Shown here piece by piece: positions 18,568 to 27,766 of a DNA stretch of 64,000 bases. A model generated the notes under the pieces. That model did no database searches. It had not been told where the DNA came from and saw only the letters and a list, made by a program, of their open reading frames with translations. Each line of letters begins with the position of its first letter. The stretch's first letter is position 1. This stretch comes from Acidobacteriota bacterium (GTDB lineage Bacteria; Acidobacteriota; Thermoanaerobaculia; Multivoradales; J023). Location: NCBI GenBank assembly GCA_029263395.1, contig JAJCXO010000162.1:8798-72797 (forward strand). Reading direction: 5' to 3'. The position numbers and the translations under genes were made by a program.

Positions 18568-19845
18568 ATGACAGCTACCTTGCCATTGATCTCTCCCGCC
18601 ATCGAGGGATCGCCGGGCCCAAGTTCGATCGCAGTGCTGGGAGCTGGCATTCAGGGGACCTGCAGTGCTCTCGAGTTGGCTCGCAGGGGCTGGCAGGTAG
18701 ACCTCATCGATCGCGACCCGCAACCTTTGATGGGCGCCAGTGGTTTCAATGAAGGCAAGATTCACCTCGGCTTCGTTTACGGCAACGAGCCCTTCCGCCA
18801 CACCTCTCGCCTGATGGTCACGGCGGGCTTCAGCTTTCTTGGTCACCTGCGCCGGTGGCTCGGTTCGAGCTGGCAAGCCCCCAACGTATCGACGCCCTTC
18901 ATCTATTCGCTGCACCGCCGATCGTTGTTGGGCCGGGAGTCGATCGAGAGACATTTCAATGCTATAAGGTCGATGATTGCCGAGCAGTGTCTGATCGACG
19001 ATGACTACCTCGGCTCGCGCATCCAGCCGGAAGCCGTTTACCAACCAATCGATCCGAGCTCGGTTGGGCTCGATCCCACGGAGATTCCGGCAGCTTGGCA
19101 GACCGTCGAACGGGCGATCGACAGCGCCGCGGTCGCCGAGGATCTGCGCGCTGCCGTTGCCCGCTGCAGTGCGATCCGCTTTGTCGCCGACACCGAGGTT
19201 TTGGCGGCTGCGCCGACGCAAGATGACGTCAGCATCGAAACCAGCAGGGGCGGTACCGTAACGACATGCCGCTACCAACAGGTTGTCAACGCGCTTTGGG
19301 ATGGCCGGCTGGCGGTTGACCTGACGGCCGGAGTTGCACCACACCGCCGCTGGTTGCACCGCTTCAAGTATGGCATGGTGATCCACGGCGCCAAATGGCA
19401 CCATCCGGTGTCGACCACGGTGGTACTGGGACCTTTTGGGGACATCGTCAGTTATCCCTCCGGCAACATCTACCTGTCGTGGTACCCGGACTGTTTGGCC
19501 GCAACGTCGCAAGCATTGGTGCCAGAGCCGCAGCCCCGCGAGTTACCCGAACCAGCGCGTAGTGAACTGATCCACAAATCACTGGCGGCGCTCAGTGCGA
19601 TCTATCCTCCCCTCGCTGAGCTTAGTCTGGGGGGTGACGTGTCGATCCAACTTGCAGGTCGACCCATTTTTTCCTGGGGAGATCAGGTCGACATCGACCA
19701 GCATGACAGCAAACTCCACTCCCGCGCTGATGTTGGCGTCGCTTCCCATGGCCGCTACCACACGGTCAATACCGGCAAATACACCTTGGGCCCGATGCTC
19801 GCTGTCGAGCTTGCCCAACAGGTGGACGCGGTCGGCCCAAGGTGA
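18568..19845 (+). CDS. FAD/NAD(P)-binding oxidoreductase
   Basis: Rossmann dinucleotide-binding motif at the predicted N-terminus (IAVLGAGIQGTCSALELARRGWQVDLIDR). The longest ORF begins at 18388. The ATG at 18568 is more consistent with the fold. Confidence 0.65.
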   Translation: MTATLPLISPAIEGSPGPSSIAVLGAGIQGTCSALELARRGWQVDLIDRDPQPLMGASGFNEGKIHLGFVYGNEPFRHTSRLMVTAGFSFLGHLRRWLGSSWQAPNVSTPFIYSLHRRSLLGRESIERHFNAIRSMIAEQCLIDDDYLGSRIQPEAVYQPIDPSSVGLDPTEIPAAWQTVERAIDSAAVAEDLRAAVARCSAIRFVADTEVLAAAPTQDDVSIETSRGGTVTTCRYQQVVNALWDGRLAVDLTAGVAPHRRWLHRFKYGMVIHGAKWHHPVSTTVVLGPFGDIVSYPSGNIYLSWYPDCLAATSQALVPEPQPRELPEPARSELIHKSLAALSAIYPPLAELSLGGDVSIQLAGRPIFSWGDQVDIDQHDSKLHSRADVGVASHGRYHTVNTGKYTLGPMLAVELAQQVDAVGPR

Positions 19846-19867
19846 CGGGGCCGATGAGCACACTCAA

Positions 19868-20878
19868 ATGACCGCACCAGATTGTCCACCGATTACTGTC
19901 GGTATTCCGGTCTACAACGGCAGTGCGTTTGTCGGCGACACCCTGAGGTCTTTGCAAAACCAGAGCTTCGGCAACTACTCCGCCATCATTTCGGTCGATT
20001 GTTCGGACGATGATTCCGTCGCGATCTGTCGTGAGTTTGCGGCCGACCCCCGATTCGAAGTCACTGCGCAACCGCACCGCCTAGGTTGGATCGACAACTG
20101 TCGTTGGCTGTTGGGCAGCATCCGCAGCCGTTGGCTGATGCTGTTGTCCCACGACGATCTCCTCGAGCTGACCACCCTCGACCGCCTCTACACCGGTGCT
20201 CAGGAGCATCCCAAAGCCGCGTCCGTTTATGGTGATGCAGTGACCCTTGGCAATTCGCCAGGCTCCCGCTTCAGTGCCCCGTCGCTGTTCGGCGGACCGC
20301 TTGGTCGCCTTGTGACGTATCTCATCGAACACCATGACGGACTGGCCTTTCGGGGCCTGATCCGGACCGAAGCAGCCCACGCCAGCGGCGGCCCGGAGCA
20401 CAATACCGCCGACGATTTTGCAGCCGAAGCCGTGTGGGTGCTCAAGTTGGCTTGGCAGGGTGAGTTGGTGCGGATCAAAGGGGCGGACTGGCGTAAGCGG
20501 ATGCGCAGCGGTACGGTGTCTGATGGGTGGCTACACTGGCCTGCAAGGCGTCGTGCCCAGGCCTGGGTCAGTCACTGCAGCGAGCTGATGGGCTTCGTCG
20601 CGTCCCTTGACTTGCCCCCGAGCTGGATGTCACTGCTGGCCCACGCCGGGTTGCTCCGACTGCTGCGGGCGACACCCACGCTCGGACCCTACGACGAAAT
20701 TTCGGCGCTGGACCACAACGGACGCCTGGCCATGGTCGAAGCCTACCGCCGGACACTCGACTCGAGTCTGCCGACAGGAGACGCCCGGCGCCAGATCTTG
20801 GCTACTACAGATGCCATCGCCACCGAGGTAGCGATGGCTCCTTCCGGGCATCACGTTGTGTCAGCGAACACCGTCTAG
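19868..20878 (+). CDS. Family-2 glycosyltransferase (GT-A fold)
   Basis: N-terminal 'ITVGIPVYNGSAFVGDTLRSLQNQSF...IISVDCSDDDS' is typical of GT2. The internal ATG at 19868 is used rather than the 19595 GTG, which overlaps the upstream gene. Confidence 0.75.
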   Translation: MTAPDCPPITVGIPVYNGSAFVGDTLRSLQNQSFGNYSAIISVDCSDDDSVAICREFAADPRFEVTAQPHRLGWIDNCRWLLGSIRSRWLMLLSHDDLLELTTLDRLYTGAQEHPKAASVYGDAVTLGNSPGSRFSAPSLFGGPLGRLVTYLIEHHDGLAFRGLIRTEAAHASGGPEHNTADDFAAEAVWVLKLAWQGELVRIKGADWRKRMRSGTVSDGWLHWPARRRAQAWVSHCSELMGFVASLDLPPSWMSLLAHAGLLRLLRATPTLGPYDEISALDHNGRLAMVEAYRRTLDSSLPTGDARRQILATTDAIATEVAMAPSGHHVVSANTV

Positions 20879-20884
20879 ATCGGC

Positions 20885-22507
20885 CTACAGCAGGACGCCC
20901 GCCACCGTCGCCGTCATGAACGACGCCAGAGCGCCGCCACACATCGCTCGCAGCCCGATCTTCGACAGGACGGGACGCAGTTCCGGTACCAACGCACTGA
21001 GGCCACCGATCTGAATGCCGATCGACGAAAAGTTGGCAAAGCCGCACAACGCATAAGTGGCGATGATGATCGACCGTGGTTGCAGATCGCCAGCCGCAAT
21101 GTGCTGAGAGAGCACACCGTAGGAGACAAACTCGTTGACTGTCAGCTTGATGCCAAGCATGTTGGCAACGGCGCCAGCGTCAACCCAGGGTACACCCATC
21201 ACGAAGGCCAACGGTGCCAGAATGGTGCCGAACAGAGTCTTCATGCTACCCGGGAAGTAGCCGGCGTATTCGGTGATGGTTTTGCCGGCACGTTCGTATT
21301 CGAAGGCCGCTCCGCCCAACATTCGACCATCGATGATGCCGTCGAAGAAACCGAGGATCGAGTCGAGCACTGCGATCAAGGCGATGAAGGCGATCAGCAT
21401 GGCGCCGACGTTGAGCGCCAGCTTGAGGCCATCACTGGTGCCGTTGGCGGCGGCTTCGACCACGTTGTCGGCGGTCTGAACCTTGGGAATCTCGACATCA
21501 CCAGCCGTCACGGATTGTTCGGTCTCAGGATATAGCAACTTGGCGATCACCAATGCCGCCGGGGCCGACATCACACTAGCAGCCACCAGATGACCGGGAT
21601 TGACCCCCATCTGGATGTAGCCAGCGAGCACCCCGCCAGCGATAGTGGCAAACCCGCCGACCATCACGGCATGGAGTTCGGAAACTGTCATCTCTTTGAG
21701 GAACGGCTTGACCAGAAACGGCGCCTCGGTTTGACCAACAAAAACGTTGGCCGAACACGACATGGTCTCCGAGCCCGAGGTTTTCATGCTCCAATGCATG
21801 AATTTGGCGAAGGACGCGACCACCACCTGCACAATGCCGAGGTAGTACATCACCGACATGAAGGCGGAAAAGAAGATGATTGTCGGCAGCACCGAGAACG
21901 CAAACTGAAAACCGAAGCCCGGCCAGTGGTCACTGCCCGGGAAGAAGTACTGTGGTTTGACCAGATTGTCGAAGAGAAATACAGCCCCTTCGTTGGACAG
22001 ACCGAGAAATGCCGCCACCTTATCCGACAACACCTTGAAAAAGGTCTCGCCATCGATGTCGCGGGCCCACATGGCGCCAAGACCGAGCAATAGGGTGGCG
22101 CCCAGGCCCCGCCGGGCGAACAGCGGTTTGCTGGTGTAAGTCCCGATGACAACCGTCAACACCGCCAGCACCAAGACGACGTCGGTGACGTAATAAGGCG
22201 TCAGGAAGTAGGCCGCGGCGACAATCGCCGCGCTACCGACCAGGGCGACGGCGCGCACTACCCAGGTCCCAAAATCCAAGTCCTGAAACTCTTTCTCGAA
22301 CAGAAAGAGCGTGATCATGAAGATCAGCACGAACATGCCGACGAAGGAAACCAAACCCTGGCTGAGAATAATCACTGCCAGGGTCAGCTGCAGACCAACT
22401 CCCCAAACAACGGTGCGATAGTTGATCGCTTTGCGATCCTTGGAAAAGAGATAGGCGAGGCCCATCAGCACCAGAAGTCCGAGTAAGCTCACCGCTCTTT
22501 CCGCCAT
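20885..22507 (-). CDS. Concentrative nucleoside transporter (NupC/CNT family)
   Basis: Polytopic. The C-terminal 'TYALCGFANFSSIGIQIGGL' matches the CNT-family signature. Confidence 0.75.
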   Translation of the reverse strand: MAERAVSLLGLLVLMGLAYLFSKDRKAINYRTVVWGVGLQLTLAVIILSQGLVSFVGMFVLIFMITLFLFEKEFQDLDFGTWVVRAVALVGSAAIVAAAYFLTPYYVTDVVLVLAVLTVVIGTYTSKPLFARRGLGATLLLGLGAMWARDIDGETFFKVLSDKVAAFLGLSNEGAVFLFDNLVKPQYFFPGSDHWPGFGFQFAFSVLPTIIFFSAFMSVMYYLGIVQVVVASFAKFMHWSMKTSGSETMSCSANVFVGQTEAPFLVKPFLKEMTVSELHAVMVGGFATIAGGVLAGYIQMGVNPGHLVAASVMSAPAALVIAKLLYPETEQSVTAGDVEIPKVQTADNVVEAAANGTSDGLKLALNVGAMLIAFIALIAVLDSILGFFDGIIDGRMLGGAAFEYERAGKTITEYAGYFPGSMKTLFGTILAPLAFVMGVPWVDAGAVANMLGIKLTVNEFVSYGVLSQHIAAGDLQPRSIIIATYALCGFANFSSIGIQIGGLSALVPELRPVLSKIGLRAMCGGALASFMTATVAGVLL

Positions 22508-22579
22508 GTTCGCTCCTTTGATCGATCGGTTGCTGCGCGTTCCCCTCTACTATCGCCGGGACCTACCCCTTGCCGAGAC

Positions 22580-23521
22580 CTATCTACCGTCTCCGGAAAC
22601 CAGGAACTTGTAGTAGTCGCCCTTGGTGGAAAGCACCACCCAAGTGTCCTCGTCGAAAGTCGCGCCGTAACTCTCCATGGTTTTCATGAACTCATAAAAA
22701 GCCCGCGAGTCGCTCGACTGGTTGTAGGCCTGGGCATAAATTTCGGAAGCCTCGGCGTCTGCCTTACCGACGATTTCCTGCGCCTGGCGGTAGGCCTCCG
22801 ACTGGATGCTCTTGAGTTCGCGCTCCTTGTCACCTCGGATGCGGGAAGCTTCACCCTCACCTTCGGAGCGGAAGCGGTCAGCGATCCGTCGACGCTCGGC
22901 GATCATCCGCTCATAAACACTGGTCCGCACCTCTTTGACGTAGTTGATGCGCTTGAATTGGACATCGAGGATCTCGATGCCGAAGTCTTGGACCCGTGCT
23001 TGAGCGTTGCGCAGAATTTCCTGGCGGATCGCTTCGCGGCCGATCACGATCGGTTCGAGACCACTGCCCGCCTCCTCGCCCAACGACTCGTCACGTACCT
23101 CTTCACGATCTGTGGTGCGGATCAGTTCGGCCAGATCGTGACGCGCCACCGCGTCGCGGGTCTCACCGTTCAGGATCCCCGACAACCGTGCTTGTGCACG
23201 ACTCTCGACCTGGAAACGCTTGAGGAAAACCAACGGATCGGTAATCCGCCAACGAGCATAGGTATCCACCAAGATGTTGCGTTTCTCTTTGGTCGGGATT
23301 TCGGTCACTTTGCCGTCCCATTCCAGGAAACGCTTCTCGAAACGCCGTACCTTGTCGATAAACGGCACCCGGAACTCAAGTCCGGGCTCGGTCACCGGCT
23401 CACCGATCGGCTCACCGAAGCGGGTGATCACCACTTGTTCCCCTTCGGAAACCACGTAGGCGGCCGAAATCAAGAGGATGGCAACAATCAGCCCGACAAA
23501 ACCAGCAGCGGTTCTAGCCAT
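22580..23521 (-). CDS. hflC: FtsH protease modulator HflC (SPFH/band-7)
   Basis: N-terminal TM helix, then an SPFH domain (VVITRFGEPIGEPVTEPGLEFRVPFIDKV). Located immediately downstream of hflK. Confidence 0.85.
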   Translation of the reverse strand: MARTAAGFVGLIVAILLISAAYVVSEGEQVVITRFGEPIGEPVTEPGLEFRVPFIDKVRRFEKRFLEWDGKVTEIPTKEKRNILVDTYARWRITDPLVFLKRFQVESRAQARLSGILNGETRDAVARHDLAELIRTTDREEVRDESLGEEAGSGLEPIVIGREAIRQEILRNAQARVQDFGIEILDVQFKRINYVKEVRTSVYERMIAERRRIADRFRSEGEGEASRIRGDKERELKSIQSEAYRQAQEIVGKADAEASEIYAQAYNQSSDSRAFYEFMKTMESYGATFDEDTWVVLSTKGDYYKFLVSGDGR

Positions 23522-24546
23522 TAGCTGCCCCCTTCCTGAGTTGGACGAGACACCACTGGCAACCGCGATCCAGCGTCAAAATTCAGCAGCGGTAACACGC
23601 CGCGCACGTCCTCGTCGACAATGATCTTCTTGCCGACCTTGGGCATGATGTCGCGCACCGTCTCGAGGTAAATCCGTCGCCGAGTCACCTCTGGCGCTTT
23701 GCGATATTCGGTAAACACCGCATTAAAACGGGCCGCTTCACCGCGTGCTCGATTGACCCGGTCGAGGGCATAACCCTCGGCTGCCAGAATCGTCTGTTGG
23801 GCCTCACCCTTGGCTCTTGGCACCACTTTGTTGTACTCCGATTGGGCCTGGCTGACCAGCTTCGACTTTTCTTGTTCGGCCTGGTTGACCTGATTGAAGG
23901 CGGGTTGTACCGGGTCTGGCGGCGTCACATCTTGCAGTACCACCTGTTCGACCTGGATGCCCGTCTCGTAGAGATCGGCAAGCACCTGCAATTGTTCGAG
24001 CACCACCAGCGCCACTTCCTGACGACCGACCGTCAGCACCTCGTTAACGGTGCGGTCTCCCACCACCTCGCGCATCACCGCCTCCGACATGTCGCGGAAG
24101 GTTTCGCGAGTGTTGCGGACCTTGAACAGGTAGGGCACGGGATCGATGATCCGATACTGCACCACCCATTCCACCACTGCGGCGTTGAGGTCGCCAGTCA
24201 ACATCCGTGACTGATCGTTGAGCTCGTCCATGCGGAATTCGAGCTGGCTCCCGGCCTGAGGCGACTCGAAACCGAATTCTTCGGTCAGCTGTCGCTGCAC
24301 CGGGATCAAGGTTACGGTGTCGATGCCCAGCGGCAGCTTGAAGTGCAGCCCCGGGGGTGTACTATCGACGTGCACCCCGAAGCGCAGCACGACGCCAACT
24401 TCGTCGGACTCGACTTGGTAAAAACTGGTGCTGATCACCAGCCCGACGGCGGCAGCGATCACCGCCAATCGAATGACTTTGGGAGACACCGAAGGTGGCT
24501 CGAATTTTGGCCTATTGATCTGATTCCCGAATTGGTCCTGCGCCAT
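23521..24546 (-). CDS. hflK: FtsH protease modulator HflK (SPFH/band-7)
   Basis: SPFH domain with HflK-type segments (VVLRFGV..., LTGDLNAAVVEWVVQYRIIDPVPYLF). It overlaps the hflC start by 1 nt. Confidence 0.85.
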   Translation of the reverse strand: MAQDQFGNQINRPKFEPPSVSPKVIRLAVIAAAVGLVISTSFYQVESDEVGVVLRFGVHVDSTPPGLHFKLPLGIDTVTLIPVQRQLTEEFGFESPQAGSQLEFRMDELNDQSRMLTGDLNAAVVEWVVQYRIIDPVPYLFKVRNTRETFRDMSEAVMREVVGDRTVNEVLTVGRQEVALVVLEQLQVLADLYETGIQVEQVVLQDVTPPDPVQPAFNQVNQAEQEKSKLVSQAQSEYNKVVPRAKGEAQQTILAAEGYALDRVNRARGEAARFNAVFTEYRKAPEVTRRRIYLETVRDIMPKVGKKIIVDEDVRGVLPLLNFDAGSRLPVVSRPTQEGGS

Positions 24547-24750
24547 CTATTTTTCCTCGCAAGTATTAGGATGGCCTTCGCCGACATTTGCGCCCGAAGG
24601 ACACCCGATCTGTCAGCGATCGATCCGCAAGCGCCTGGCCGAGGCGTTGGACTGCCAGCACTCCTTGCAGGCGCCCAACTTGCCGACAGCGCCCAACCTC
24701 TTGACGCTCGCCACGCGATGGTTTGGGCAAAGCTATGATTAGCCTTCGCT

Positions 24751-26466
24751 TTGCCACGGATCAACCCAGGGGAGGTTAACGGAGGCACATCCGGTTGGCA
24801 AGCGATAGAGTCGGAGCTGCTGGCTCCCTGCCCCTCTTCGGAACTCTCTACGACGCCGTCATCATCGATGCCTGAAGCGCCCCATCACCCTACCTTGTCC
24901 ACCGCTGGTCGTGGACTATTGGTCGGCATCTTGTTGCTCGGCGCAGCGCTGCGTATCCATCACTACGTCGAACCGCCCATGTGGGTGGACGAATATGCTA
25001 CCTCGTGGGTAGCTGCGGCCGACACTTGGTCGGAAGCGATCAGCCGTGCCCTGTCGCGCGATACTCACTCGGTTTTCCATGGCCTGCTGGCTCGACTGGC
25101 CAGCGAAGCCTTCGGTAATCAACGGCTGGCGCTGCGGTTGCCTGCCCTGCTGTGTGGCCTCGGTGCGCTATGTTTGGCTTATCCCCTCACCTTCGCCGTC
25201 TTCAGAGATCGGCAGGCGGCGTTGTTCGGGGGCTTTGTGTTTGCGATCCACCGCGATCTCATCCAGATCTCGCAGGATGCCCGGCCCTACTCGTTGGCGC
25301 TGTTTTGCACGATGGCCTCGTTCCTCGCCTTCCTGCACCTGGTCGCGGGACCACCTGACAGGCGGCGGATCATGAGCAGGATCGTCTATGTGGTCGCCAC
25401 CGCGGGTGCCTATTATGCCCACACGTTATTTGGCTTCATCGTCCTGATTCAGCTCGGGTATCTGACGATGGTCGCCGGCTGGAGCTGGATCCGTGATCAA
25501 CGGTGGTGGCTCACCCTGGCGGGACTAGCGCTTCTGGTTGCACCGAGCCTCGTGCAATTGCTCAATCTTTTCGACCGCCGCGCTGAGCTCGACTGGATCG
25601 GCACCACACCATGGCAGTTTCCGTTCAAGATTTTTGTCGACTTTCTGACGCCCAACGTCTTCGCGCCGGTGACCGTTTACCTCTTATTGGCCGGCTTGCT
25701 GCCGGCACCTCGACAACAGGCGGATTGGCGACATCATCCTTCCCCCTTGGGTGCCACCTTCGGATCGACGCTACCAGCTCATCGTCCCCTCACCTTGATG
25801 GCGGTTTGGCTGGTGTTGCCGTTGTTCTGCTTCGCTGTCATCCCACCGCTGTTGGGCACTCACCTCGCCTTTCCACGCTATGTGCTGTTTGCGCTTCCGG
25901 CAGCGCTCCTGCTCACCGTCCGGCTGTTGATGCTGGCACCTCGCGGCGGTCACCGCTGGGCCGTTGCGGCTCTGTACGGTGCGACTACCCTCGCCTTCCA
26001 TCTTCTGCCGACCTATGCCGCCTACGGCACCTTCGCTTCCAAGACCCAGGGCGGCTGGGACGCGGCGGCACAGATCGTCGAGGCGGAAGCCGGGCCCGAG
26101 GATCCGGTGCTGTTCGCCTGCGGCTACATCGAAGCCGACCTGGTGGCGACCACACACCCCGGCCCGATGTTTCGCTCCTACATCGATTGGCCACTGCTCT
26201 TCCACTTACCCCGCGAGCGCTGGCCCCAGGTCCGCAGCCTGCCGTTCCGCGTCACCGACGCCACCTTCCCCTACCTGCGCGATCTTTTGATCGAGGCCGG
26301 CGAGCAGCCCAGAGTCTGGCTGGTCGGCGACCCGGCGGTGTTACGCCGTATGAGTCAGCCCTTTTTCCTCCCGACGTCAAAGCACCGCCTCCATCAGGAG
26401 CAGAACTTCGGCGCCGCGATGGTGATGGAGTTCCGTCTGATCGACGGCGGCGCTAGCGGTGGCTGA
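24751..26466 (+). CDS. GT-C-fold membrane glycosyltransferase (ArnT/PMT-like, GT39/GT83-type)
   Basis: Polytopic. A 'WVDEYAT' (DE) motif in the first periplasmic loop is typical of ArnT/PMT enzymes. The start may be the internal ATG at 24868. Confidence 0.7.
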   Translation: MPRINPGEVNGGTSGWQAIESELLAPCPSSELSTTPSSSMPEAPHHPTLSTAGRGLLVGILLLGAALRIHHYVEPPMWVDEYATSWVAAADTWSEAISRALSRDTHSVFHGLLARLASEAFGNQRLALRLPALLCGLGALCLAYPLTFAVFRDRQAALFGGFVFAIHRDLIQISQDARPYSLALFCTMASFLAFLHLVAGPPDRRRIMSRIVYVVATAGAYYAHTLFGFIVLIQLGYLTMVAGWSWIRDQRWWLTLAGLALLVAPSLVQLLNLFDRRAELDWIGTTPWQFPFKIFVDFLTPNVFAPVTVYLLLAGLLPAPRQQADWRHHPSPLGATFGSTLPAHRPLTLMAVWLVLPLFCFAVIPPLLGTHLAFPRYVLFALPAALLLTVRLLMLAPRGGHRWAVAALYGATTLAFHLLPTYAAYGTFASKTQGGWDAAAQIVEAEAGPEDPVLFACGYIEADLVATTHPGPMFRSYIDWPLLFHLPRERWPQVRSLPFRVTDATFPYLRDLLIEAGEQPRVWLVGDPAVLRRMSQPFFLPTSKHRLHQEQNFGAAMVMEFRLIDGGASGG

Positions 26467-26680
26467 AGCTCTATAACCTCATCGCCACGAGGGTTTTGAA
26501 ACGGCGCATCCGTTGGGCACTCGATGCGTTCCTTCCATACGCCGGGCCTTAGCCGGCAGCCCTCCATTACGATTTGCTCAGGGTTTACTCAGGCCAACCA
26601 AGTGCCACCCTGGGTATCATGAACTGGGTTTGGGTGCGGGCAGCACCGCGAGTAGGAAGTTCTGATGGAGGGAGTCTCCA

Positions 26681-27274
26681 TTGACAGCAAACGGCACCGA
26701 CATCACAGATCTGTTGCTTGCTTGGCGAGGTGGCGACGCCGACGCGCTGGCCGAGCTGATGCCGGTTACCTATCGCAGCTTGAAGGCGGTGGCGGCGCGA
26801 CTGCTGCGCAACGAACGTGGCGGCCAAGCACTGGAAACCACCGGGCTAGTGCACGAAGTCTACCTTCGTCTGGCGGATCTGGAGCGCGTCAGCTGGCAGG
26901 ATCGAGCCCACTTCTATGCCTTGAGCGCTAGGTTGATGCGCCAGATTCTGGTGGACCTCGCCCGCGCTCGGTCGCGCCTCAAGCGCGGCGCCAACCAGGT
27001 CGTGATCTCGGTCGACGAGTTGGAGCCCAAGTCCGAAACCACCCGTCCTCCCGATCTGTTGGCACTCGACGACGCGCTGCGCGATCTGACCAAGATCAAT
27101 GCCGAGTACGCTCGGGTCGTAGAGCTTCGTTTCTTTGGCGGCCTGGGCCGCAACGAAATCGCCGAAGTGCTGGGCATCTCGAGCGCTACGGTCTCGCGAC
27201 GGTGGCGCGCAGCCCGCGCTTGGTTGTCTACTTATCTCGCAGAAGGGCCCGGCCATGCCATCTCTCGGTTTTAG
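26681..27274 (+). CDS. ECF sigma factor of the Ser/Thr-kinase-associated type (ECF43 / TIGR02999 'Sig-70_X6'-like)
   Basis: Region 2 (LLLAWRGGDADALAELMPVTY...LVHEVYLRL) and region 4 (VVELRFFGGLGRNEIAEVLGISSATVSRRWRAARAWL). TTG start with GGAGGG 8 nt upstream. A membrane Ser/Thr kinase follows within ~500 bp. Confidence 0.85.
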   Translation: MTANGTDITDLLLAWRGGDADALAELMPVTYRSLKAVAARLLRNERGGQALETTGLVHEVYLRLADLERVSWQDRAHFYALSARLMRQILVDLARARSRLKRGANQVVISVDELEPKSETTRPPDLLALDDALRDLTKINAEYARVVELRFFGGLGRNEIAEVLGISSATVSRRWRAARAWLSTYLAEGPGHAISRF

Positions 27275-27460
27275 CCGTAAGAAGCTGATACAACCCGGCA
27301 GCCAATGTCGCCTATACAGGCCGAGATCAGCGCATTTCCGCACGTGGGCGCTGCCGGGAGACGCCGGAAGACGTATGAACAACAGTCGATTCACTCCCGA
27401 CCCAATCTCCAAGGACCGAAGCAATGATGCTTGCGGCTCAACAAGAAGGGATTCGAAAGA

Positions 27461-27742
27461 ATGTCGATCAACAAGAACAAGATCGGATGGCTCCTCGGCT
27501 CGCTGGCGTTTGTCATGGTCATGTTTGCAACCTCAACAACCGTGTTGGGTGCGTACAACGATCCCGGTCACACGGAGTGGGTCAAGACTCAGCTGGCAAA
27601 CGCTTATGACTACACTTGCGTCGGCGAGAGTTGCCACGAGCTTTGCGTCGTCTTCCGGTCAGGTCGGGTGGTTCCCAAAGGCACACTCTGCTGTCTCGAT
27701 AGCAGCGGCGTCTGCGACACCAGCACACTCAATACCCCATAG
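27461..27742 (+). CDS. Small secreted cysteine-rich protein (signal peptide + ~62-aa mature region with 7 Cys)
   Basis: MSINKNKIGWLLGSLAFVMVMFATSTTVLGA, then YNDPGH...CVGESCHELCVV...CCLDSSGVCD. No family recognised. It sits between the ECF sigma and its kinase. Confidence 0.5.
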   Translation: MSINKNKIGWLLGSLAFVMVMFATSTTVLGAYNDPGHTEWVKTQLANAYDYTCVGESCHELCVVFRSGRVVPKGTLCCLDSSGVCDTSTLNTP

Positions 27743-27766
27743 CCACCGACCGTCTGGCAGGACACA